A stretch of DNA of 59,712 bases, the filler included, from Dugesia japonica (lineage: Eukaryota): assembly GCA_001938525.1 (NCBI GenBank). It is 6 parts of 6 records of this genome, joined end to end, with 100 filler letters (N's around TTAATTAATTAA, not from the genome) between each part and the next. Parts side by side here need not be neighbours in the genome. Positions count along the whole stretch, not along the records: positions 43,478 to 59,712 come from MQRL01612553.1; 5 more parts are not named here. One strand, 5' to 3'. Positions within the stretch are counted from its first letter, which is position 1. Each line of letters opens with the position of its first letter. A program made the position numbers and the translations under genes. Below, one piece after another: positions 49,921 to 59,712 of this stretch. A model generated the notes under the pieces. That model was not told where the DNA came from. It ran no database searches and saw only the letters and a program-made list of their open reading frames with translations.

Positions 49921-50599
49921 AAACTGATATTAGCAACAACAAAATAACTTCCAATATTGAAGAAAAGTATTTAAAGAATTGAATAAACGTGTGTGGATTC
50001 CATGTAGAACCAAAAATAAGATTGTTTGTTTATTCAAACTTGTTATATTTAATAAATTTTAATAATAATAGAAATATCTTAAAGACTTTTCTCTTTGAAT
50101 ATTTTATCATGTTAATTAAGTTTTAGGCTGTTCGGAACATATAAAGATTGCCCAATCTCAAAAATATCAAAAATATTCAGACTGTCACAAATTTTAAAAA
50201 ATCCATATTACCCAACGGAATGAAAAAAATCAATATTGTACCAATCTCATATATAGATATCAAGACTGCCGCAACTAATACATAAAGATCTAGATAGATC
50301 TCATTATGGAAGATTTCATCCTGGAACTACAAGTGGATTTCCGAAGCAACGCAAACAGGTCTCATTATGACATATTTAAAGAAAATATTCTTAAGATGGC
50401 TGAGAAATTTGAAAACAAATGTTCTATCAATAAATATTTTACTTGATAAATGTTTTCTTTTATTTATTTTAATAATTAATAAATTATTATAGTTTTTACA
50501 AATAATATCTTAATAAGGTTTTTTTTATAATAAATAATAAATAGTTTTTATTAATGAATGCAATAGACATGCAATATGAATGCAACACAGCAACACGTG

Positions 50600-51240
50600 C
50601 CTGGGAATTTTTAATTAATGCAACAATGATTTGTTCATTGGTTTGTTCAAACTGTACGCTAGTTGACCTGATAACAACTTTTTGGTCTTTGGTCTTGTTT
50701 TTTTCTGCTTTCATCAGTTTTCCCACGCAACCAAAACCTGTGGGATTTTCTGCGTCCGTCTTTAGCTTGCCTATTACAATAATTTGATGAAAATCTAAAA
50801 TCAAAATTAGGTAATGATTGTAAACCGCCGATTTTTTTATTTGGAATGAGTTTTTCGTTGTACTGGTAATGTAATTAGTAGTAATGCTGCTATAAATCCA
50901 CCTCATTGATTCTCTCGTATTACTTGCCTCATCAATTTCATATTTTTTGTATTTACTAGCGTTAATAACGCTCTTTTATGTTTTTTCAATACTTCCTTTC
51001 TAGCGTTTTTTTCCGCGAACAATATTTATAATAATTTTATGTAAATTATCTATAACAAGCATTAGAAATGATTTCAAAATTTTCATTCTCGCTGATTTTG
51101 GAGATATAATTAATGATGTAAATCTAATATTGAAATATATAATTTTATATTCGGCCCGCGGAGTTATGATGTATTCTACAGTGTCCCACAAAATTATTTG
51201 GGTTGGCTGCCCCTGAACTAAAGAAGAAAATTTATAAAAT
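50600..51240 (-). pseudogene. Polinton integrase N-terminus and preceding gene fragment
   Basis: DAENPTGFGCVGKLMKA...KWLSGQL, matching the start of 9915-10440. Confidence 0.6.
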
Positions 51241-51912
51241 CATGTAAAATTGAAAAATTAATTCAAGTGAAATATTAAACATCAAAAAAACTTTGAATAA
51301 TTGAACAATTGAAATAAATTAATTGACGGAAATAAATTTTACCAGTTAAATGACAAATCCGGAATATCCCAAATCGCGATCGCAAATATAATTAAACATT
51401 GATTCTTTAAATTATTACTTATTCGGTTTTACTTATTNATTGGTTAATTGTATTGAGGTTAATTTAAACAAAATTGATGAAAGATATGGCGGTGAAACAT
51501 TGAAAAATAAAGTGACTATTCAAACTAGAATGAAAGGAAATACAAATTAACATATTTCGTAAGATTAAAATCTAAAGTATTTGAATCGAAATTAAAATCA
51601 ACATAATTAAATCGAGCTTTCAAACTTATTAGAGATATTAAAGAGATACGAAAAAATTGTTAAATTTAAATAAAATATTTTGTTAAAATACGAGTCTAAA
51701 TAAATCTAAATTTAAAAAATTTATTTCTTAAAATAATAAAAACAGTCCTTCCCTTAAAAATTATGAAGATTTCTTTGATTAATATAAACAAAGTAACTTT
51801 TAACATTTAAAATATGAAGTACTAACGCTGAGCAGCTAGTATTAATCATCAAAAAAGGTTTATTTTTAAACAAGACAACGCCAGAATAAATGCGACAAAG
51901 AAAACTTTTGAA

Positions 51913-52585
51913 CCAAGCATATTTATACAACAAACCCTATAAAAATAAGTGCAGAATTTTATTCTGAATCGGATGCTGTCATTTTCAGAGCAAGGCAATA
52001 ATTTTTGATTGAGAAATTCGTAGGTCAACTGATCCAGTGCGCTCATACCTTTATCTTAGAAACTAAAAATATTAATATAGCAAACCGTATATGAAATATG
52101 TTAAGTTTTTATTTTGAGTTGAATTGTTTAAAAATACTTTAAAAATTATTATTATTTTGATTATAATTACTATTTATAATTAATTATATAATTATATATT
52201 ATTTCTTGAAAGAACCAATTTTATACTGTATATCCTATATGAAATATGTTAAGCTTTTAATTCTAAGTTTAACGATACAAAATTTATTTGCTTAACATAA
52301 GTATTCCTAGAGTAATTAATTTCTTTTATCCAAGGTGGGGCAAGTTACCTGGCATTTATCTTTCACACCAAGCATATTTTTACGGCAAACTTTAAACAAA
52401 ATATGTTCAGAATTTTATTCTGAATAGAATAGCACTATTTTTGAAGCGATACGATAGGTTTTAACTGAGAAATAAGTATATCAACGTCAACGTAATGAGT
52501 GTGCTACCTTAATCTTAGAAACTAAAATCTTTTGCATAGCAAAGCATATATAAGAAATGTTCAAATTTTAATTCTGAGTTAAATA
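51913..52585. repeat. Diverged direct duplication (~200-bp units at 51913 and 52368)
   Basis: ccaagcatattt...cagaattttattctgaat...tcttagaaactaaaa occurs twice. Confidence 0.7.
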
Positions 52586-52609
52586 ATACTAAACTTGAAA
52601 TTGTACGAT

Positions 52610-52813
52610 AAATACTGACCAACAAATTTCGAACCGAAATTTCGAATTTTCGACCTTTCCGAGCAAATGATCGACAGTTTGAACCCGAATTCAAAAAGGA
52701 TTTTTTTTCGTATTCGTAACGACCAATCAAAATTCTACATTCCTGGATCAATCAAATTACTAGATCACTTCGTCGGCTGATGGGGTGATTCAGTGCGATA
52801 CTATCTATCTACT
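52610..52813 (-). mobile_element. Polinton-like terminus
   Basis: End reads AGTAGATAGATAGTATCGC (minus); CCAAT module shared with 6595. Confidence 0.6.
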
Positions 52814-53171
52814 AGTCGTTTCAGTATATTTTAATAATCTAATTGTTCTTCTGCTTCTTTGCTTGTTTATTGGTTTTATGGGTTTCTTTTTCTTATAAAT
52901 AACTATATACTTTATTACCAGTTACATTGTTAGTAAAAATAAGAGTTTAACATAGAAAATACAGGTTTCATCATTAGCAATATTTGATTCATTATTAAAT
53001 AATATTGATATAAATTTAACGAAGAATACAAGTTTAATAGCAAATATGTGTTTTATAATGAAAATATTGGTTTTAACAAGGAAATAATAATTTCAACATG
53101 AAAAATATAAGTTTTATCATTAAATATAAGACCATTAAACCAGATACATTCAATAAATNGATTGTTGTAAG

Positions 53172-53597
53172 CAGTAGCGTAGCCAAGAATATATGAATGG
53201 GGGTTTTAAATTTTTGTCAAAATTTTTGTATTTGTTTACTAACATAAAACAACAAAGACGCAAAGTATTAAACAATGAGGCCATTAGCTGATTCTTTAAA
53301 GTACGGAGACCACGTATGGGACATCAAAAAAATGAAATAATTATAATGTACTGAAAGTACACAGTATAGATTAAATTTTTACAATTTATAATTTTATATC
53401 GTTCAAAAATATTTTTTTTCTAATATTTTTTTCAAATATTTGAATATCAAATAGTCAAATAACACACAGATATTTTCAAATATCAAGTATTCAAATATTA
53501 AGTTTGGAATTTCTAAGTCGCATCAAAAAATGAAAATTTTTCATATGCCAAGGGGGGGGGTTTAACCCCCTAAACCACTCCTTTGGCTACGCCATTG
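53172..53597. mobile_element. hAT-type non-autonomous element, 426 bp
   Basis: TIRs CAGTAGCGTAGCCAA / CAATGGCGTAGCCAA; perfect TSD GTTGTAAG at 53164-53171 and 53598-53605. Confidence 0.92.
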
Positions 53598-53999
53598 GTT
53601 GTAAGTATACCCAACTATACTACGATTTATTGATGTTTTCATCACTTAGACCGAAACATGGACAAGCAATTAATACTTATTGAATTAGTTTTATCAAAAT
53701 TTGGTTTCACTTCATTACTAGTATGTTTCTTTGCTTTAAGTTAGAGAAAAGTGAAATTAACAGTAAGAAATGAGTGAGATAAGAAAGAGTAAAATAGTAT
53801 TATCTAATTTACTTGCCTGAAGTTGATAACCTTTTCAAATTCATATGTAAAAGAATGGGAAAATAAATCTAAAAAATAAGTAAAAGTCTCCAAATTTTTT
53901 ATAAAATTTATATGATGTATGTGATAATTATTTGGAATTTACATGACGTATGTGAAAAGCAACACAACACAGTGTAACAGGTCCTTGGANTCCTTTACA

Positions 54000-55200
54000 G
54001 ACAATTATTTGTAAGAAATGGACACGAATCATTACGCCATATAGGATTTTGAAAAATGGCAGCTCATAAAAGAGAAAATTATGATATAGAAGGTCTAGAA
54101 AAAATAGTAAAAGAACTTACTCAAAGTTCTAAAAATTGTCAATTAAGAAAAATACAAAAACTCAAACAAAAGAAAGTATTATTAGTATTCTAGCTGATGA
54201 TATCTTTGAAATCATTCATATTGATATTTGTGCTTCTTTAAAGAAAACATGACATGGAAAACAATACCTTTTAGCTATAATTGATAAATTCAGTAGATTT
54301 ATATCCCTCAATGCAGTTTCACATCAAGATGAAAATACCACTGTTAAAATATTAAAAAATAATTGAATTTTGAAATAAAGTTCACTGAGAATAATACATA
54401 CAGATCGTGGAAAATCATTTGAATCAAATCTATTCCAACAATTAGCTAAGGAATTTAATTGGGAAATCCAATACTCTAGTCAATATCATTATAGAAGTAA
54501 TGGAGTAATTGAAAGACAATTTCAAACTATAAGAGATACAATTCATATTAGTTTACAGGATAAGAAAAAGCAGGACTGGGGCTGAAGTTTTACAAGAAAT
54601 ATAATTTATGTTGAACACCACAATTCAAAGAACGACGAATGTACCTCCAGCTGAAATAGTTTTTGGGGAAAATTTACACAAAGAATGGTTTGTTAGGAAT
54701 GAAAAAAACAATGTGAATGAAAGAAATCTATAGTGTAAAAGAATAATAAACAATTGAAATAACTATGAAAATTTCAAAAATTTAGAAAAGAATAATACAG
54801 TTAGAAAATTTATTATTGATGACGAAGTTTGAATTAAAAGAGAAAGTCCACATATAAATAAAAACAGATATGAAGAACCAGTAATAATTATAGAGAAAAT
54901 ACATGATAGAAGTTTTAAATCAGAACTTACTAATGTTAAAAAAATAATAAGAAATATTGCATGGTTAAAACACTTAAAAAGAGGGGAATGTGATATATGA
55001 CTAATAATATAATATTTCAAATTGACCTTTATATAAGTAATTCGACATATGTATGTGATCATAGGTGAATGCGTGATTGACTATTTGAATGTGTGTATGA
55101 ATTTAGTATCAGACATTATTGCATAAATGATTCCTCAAAAGCTATATATATTTGTTACAGCGTCATTTTGTTTTAGAATATATATGTTATGCTTAACAAT
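54000..55200 (+). mobile_element. Gypsy integrase, PPT and 3' LTR start
   Basis: HESLRHIG...IHIDI...IIDKFSRF...HTDRGKSFES...SNGVIER; PPT AAAAAGAGGGGAA then TGTGA at 54989. Confidence 0.85.
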
Positions 55201-55203
55201 TAA

Positions 55204-55242
<39 letters not shown>

Positions 55243-55338
55243 AATTATTATTATTATTATTATTATTATTATNNNNNNNNNNNNNNNNNNNNNNNNNNNN
55301 NNNNNNNNNNNNNNNNNNNNNNATTATTATTATTATTA
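55204..55338. repeat. (ATT)n microsatellite
   Basis: Direct read, gap inside. Confidence 0.9.
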
Positions 55339-56295
55339 ATAAAAATAAACATAAATAAATTAATTTATAAAAAACATGATAATAAATATTTTAATACTAT
55401 AAAAGTCTTAAAAATTCTTAAATTTAATGAAATTTAAAAACATTAATGGAATTTATATTTATATTAAATATAACACAAATAAAAGAGTAAACATTTATAT
55501 ACAAAAATAAATAAAATATAAAACTTAAATAAATAAAAAATTTTAAAAACAATAAAAATAATATAATATTTAATTATAAAAACGTTGTTATATATTTGCC
55601 TTTTTAATTGAATAAAATTAATGTAGTTTATGATGATTATAATTAAAATAAATAAATTTTCAAAAATTTTTAAAAAAACAATTTAATATTAAAAAATTTA
55701 AAAATTTCAATTTAATTAGATTTTTAAAATTAGATTTAAATATAAAATCTTAATATGAATGTAATTTAAATTTGTTTGAAATTATCCAATAAAATTTTAA
55801 TAAAATATAAAAAACTTTTTATATTTTTTTTATATACTTTTTTTTTAAAAAACTCTATATCCAAATCTAACAGTGACCTTACACTGATCCCATAGGTGTA
55901 GTTGTTACTTCAGTACAGCTTGACAAAGGCCACCAACAAGCTTCTTTCTATAAACTTTTTCTTCTATTTCATTTTTTGTTTCAATATATTTTTCATCTTT
56001 TGCTTCGTATTCAATAACGTTTTTCCAGACATTCTTAACTGCAAAAACCACATTCATAGGATATCCTGTCTACATCATTGGTTTTGAAATCTAACGATTG
56101 TAGAGCTTCCACAACGAATGTGTTTAAAGAGTATTGCCATGTTGAAATCATTTTTGGATAACGTCTGACTTAGTGCCCACCCAAATAAATTATTAATAAA
56201 TTATTAAATTACACCCGACACTATAATCAGTCTTGTAGCCTTCACTGCTATAAACATTCTTAGCCCAATCACCAATGTAAGCAACAATTAGCACC

Positions 56296-56379
56296 ACAAT
56301 CATGTTAAATCAGAAAAAATTCGCAACTGCTGTATATATATACAGCAGTTGCGAATTTTTTCTGATTTAACTTGATTGT
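56296..56379. repeat. 84-bp near-perfect palindrome centred on (TA)n
   Basis: 42-bp arms with one mismatch and no spacer. Confidence 0.9.
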
Positions 56380-56699
56380 TATTATTCCTTTTATTATTTC
56401 ACATCTTATTTCTTTCTCAAAAATGTATACATATCATTGTATACCAGCGAGTTTAATAAAGGTCACTATTAGTTAGATTCAAAATCTCACAACTCTCCAT
56501 AAGTTTTTATTTATTATTACAAGTTTTTTAATTAAAGTGAAAAAAAATGTAGAATAATACATAGTATTCAAGCAAATAGTTGAGAAATTTTAATAAAATA
56601 TTTTTAAAAAATACCGATTTTAATTTTAAATTTTTTTATTTTTATTTTACACATATCTTTAATTTTTTTTGAACATAATTTCTTATATAATCTTTATAA

Positions 56700-59600
56700 T
56701 TTTGTTGGGGTCCCACCTGAGTCGAGTGACACCAAAAAATTGGCCGGGGAAAAACGGCCCTCAGGGGAACCCTTTCAAGAATTTACCCTACCGTCCCCGT
56801 GGTAGGTTTTCGGTTTATGGTGGTTGACCTTACTCTTAATGGAAGGTACGCACTGATAAACCTTTATTTTTTTACCCTCTCTTGATTCTGGGTGGCGTCC
56901 ATTTCCGTTTTAAAAGTCAGGCATTTTCGCTTATAGCGTTTCACCTTAGCCTCGGCCGCGGTGGTCTCCGCTTCCCATCGCCTCTTCGCTAGTCTATAGA
57001 GATCCCACGTGAGGTCAATGTCCTCACTGGTTTCCCGCAACTTTTTACGTGGGGCCTGTGACTTGTTCAAAGTAATATAATAATTACTATACTCACTACA
57101 AGGTTTGATAATACTGTTAATAATAAATATAATTAAGTAGTAAGAATCACAACTAATCATTAATTAAAAAACCTAAGCATTTATTACTATAAACAAAAAT
57201 TTAAGGAGTGTTAGTATCACTGTCAATATTAGGGGGTGCATTTTCAAAATCTGCCACCCCAGTGAGTTACCTTACTCCCCAGAGAAGATTATTGATGAAG
57301 GCTTGTACCGCGGGTGTGGGGAGAGGAGTGGGAGGTTGGTAATGGAATGGGGTCGCTAGCACACGATCCGGACCCGTCCACGTCTGGTATCACTGCCGTT
57401 CCCCAAAGGCCTCAATACGTTTAACCACTGCTTGAACTGGAGGTAAGTTTGACCAGTCAACTAGGATACCGGCATGCTGATTATGCGAGTTGTAATATCG
57501 ACGTAGAGTCAATCGCCGGGTTCTCCGATCGACAACGCGTACCCATATGGAATCCATACCTACGAATAAAATAGAACTAGTAACATTTTAACAATACTGT
57601 ATTAAGATATAAGTTATGAATAATGGTAGTAAATATAACATTTTATTTCAATACACTTAACCACACGGACATCCGTATTTTACAGAAAGTAATTACTCCT
57701 CGTCTAAATCTAACTTTCCACCCCTAGGGAACATCTCAGAAAAACAGCACAAGTCAGTTTCATCTGGATGTTCTATCTGTTCACGGGTTATTATATGGGC
57801 TATTAATTGTTTCATACGAACAGCTCGCCTCTGTCATTCTATCTTTCGCAGAACCCGACGCAAATCGGCGGGCATGAGCTAAATATAAGAAAGGTATATT
57901 TTAACAATAACATTTATGGTTCGATAAACAAAACAAAAAAGAATAGAATCGTCATGGCCTTCCGGAGGCCATAATGGGGAATTTCTACCCTCACCCTCCG
58001 AAGTGGCTGGCGTACATTCGTCTCCGGATATGGGAATTGCTCCATGTGCGAGATTCCGATAAAAATACCACTATCGACGGTATTGATGTTACTCGCCACT
58101 AAAATTTTAATATAGCCGTAGCAGCTGATCCGGGTCATAAGTTTAATGTGAATACTTTTCCAAACATGCGAGAGAAAAGAGCGATACCGAGTTACTACCA
58201 ATTTTATTAATAAAGGTCCTTTCGCAACCCAATATGATGTTAGAATGTTAGTGATTATACGGGACCTTGGTATTTAAAACCATAAACATCGATTACTCCT
58301 ACTCCTGATGGTAACCCATACAATAACAATAATATCCAAAATGTGGATATTACCGATGGTTCGCAATATTAATCTCAATAACGGCATTGGTAATACTAAA
58401 TATAGTCCCAAAAACAATGAAATTGATAACAATAGTATTAATAATAGCTTTAATAATCATAATGATGATCATATTAATAATAATTAAATCATAATATTAT
58501 TGACATGAGTAATAATATGGATAAATGCTTAAATTCATATGACTTAACTTTATCTTAATTTGAAATCCATACGCGTCATTGTCGCTTGGTAACCTCCCGA
58601 CTTAGAAATGAGTGGATTAGAGTATGTTAATTTTTTCATCTATGTCGCATATTATTCAAGTGGGTATGTGTACTGCTGTATCTGTGCATAGGTATTAGCA
58701 ATGAATGAGTGTACCATTATTAGACATTACCAAGTGTATTGGAATTTCTATCCTCTTGTAGTGAGTCACGATTAGCAACACTGGAAATAAAGTAATTATA
58801 ATTTTCAAATNTTTTCTTTTCTTGTTATCATGGAAATTCAATATACAAGCGAGTGTTATCAAGGGAAACCTGCCATCCTTCCCCAAGATTTCATACTACT
58901 ATTACAGGACGGATTTCCATCAGATGACTTTTATTGGAATTATCTCATTGGAAACCTTTATTTCCTTATGGGAATATAACAGAATCTGAACGTGTGGCGC
59001 TGTCTGTGGTGATTGAAAAGAAAAATATTTTGCAACGCAATTACTCAATCATGCAGTGGTTAGTGGAACAATTTTTTTGTTTAGTTTGGCATAGCTCAAA
59101 TAATTATTTTAAATACAATTTTAGTTTTCTCTTCATGATTATTTAATTATTATCAAAGGTTTATCAAATTTAAAACTATATTTTTTGAACATTTTTATTA
59201 TCAAAGTGACAATTAATATAACAACAAATTTTTTACTTTTAATATTAAGGATTTATTCTGCAACGGTGACGCAAATGTGTTTTGAGGATCCAACTATTGG
59301 TTCGATTCCTACATTGGTTTCTCTTTTCTTTTCTGCCGACTGAGTAGTTCTTTTCTAAAATTAGAATGATTTCAGACACTAAAAATTGCCAATGTTTCCG
59401 TCTTACGCTTGAATAAAACAGTAATCTTCCGAACGTTTTCTTTTTTACCAAGGTATATATCCACGTAATTTAAAATGGCGCGATGTAGTAATAATTTTCA
59501 ACAAAATTGTATGGTTCTAGCAGTTGGTTTTGGTTAGTTTTTTTGTTTTTTTCTGCTAAAAACAGGGGTCCTTTTATAGGATTTTCTGATGCAATTCGGC

Positions 59601-59712
59601 ATCATTCTTATTGGGGGGTATTTTTATTTTGAATTAACGAGTTCTTATTGGCGTTGGTGCCACAATTCTAGAATTTTTACAGAGTTTTAGATCTCTGATT
59701 GGTAAGTATTTT
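56700..59712 (-). mobile_element. Orphan A-B-C cassette, copy 3
   Basis: CCAAT x3, GCCGAATTGCA, TATAAAA (59578), CCGTTGCAGAA...|GT 59236; ORF A 57875-57693; ORF B 57557-57201; ORF C from 57055. Confidence 0.8.

Noticed and set aside
52770-52816. Helitron 3' end (…CTAGT)
   Set aside because: No convincing subterminal hairpin, and the five homologous ends lack CTAG; fits the Polinton-like end motif better.
55860-56290. Exon-like minus-strand stretch (…ECGFCS*ECLENVIEYE…)
   Set aside because: Contains stops and no motif I can recognise; unsupported without a search.
57201-57875. Stop-codon reassignment or CpG-decay signature suggested by in-frame TGA/TAA in aligned ORFs
   Set aside because: Stops are not shared between copies, frameshifts co-occur, and ZNF622 ends normally in TAG; too few cases to infer a mutational process.

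Overview
Very AT-rich eukaryotic (probably invertebrate) scaffold DNA. It is stitched from at least six contigs by artificial 100-bp joins (N44-TTAATTAATTAA-N44 at about 9201, 17617, 25944, 34940 and 43422), so adjacency across those joins is unproven. Only one intact host gene is supported: a 3-exon ZNF622/Rei1 60S maturation factor at 27732-28887. The rest is a transposon graveyard. It includes a decayed but syntenic Polinton/adintovirus gene block (ZnF, major capsid, PLA2X, integrase, packaging ATPase, pX-like protein, penton; about 18.4-25.9 kb), fragments of a second Polinton family, and six Polinton-like termini. It also holds Gypsy pieces, Penelope fragments with minimal hammerhead motifs, two hAT MITEs with perfect 8-bp TSDs, a Tc1-like remnant and an REL-type non-LTR remnant. 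The most interesting signal is an unannotated cassette of about 3 kb found as three diverged copies on three different contigs (about 31.1-34.7 kb +, 35.1-37.9 kb -, 56.7-59.7 kb -). Its layout is a conserved multi-CCAAT/TATA promoter, a leader ending in a splice donor, and then three small orphan ORFs (A, B, C), each directly behind its own splice acceptor and showing mostly synonymous divergence. The second highlight is an LTR-flanked, intronless gene joining a REX4/ISG20-like exonuclease remnant to an RNF10/MAG2-like RING ligase. All family assignments come from motif recognition by eye, not database searches.
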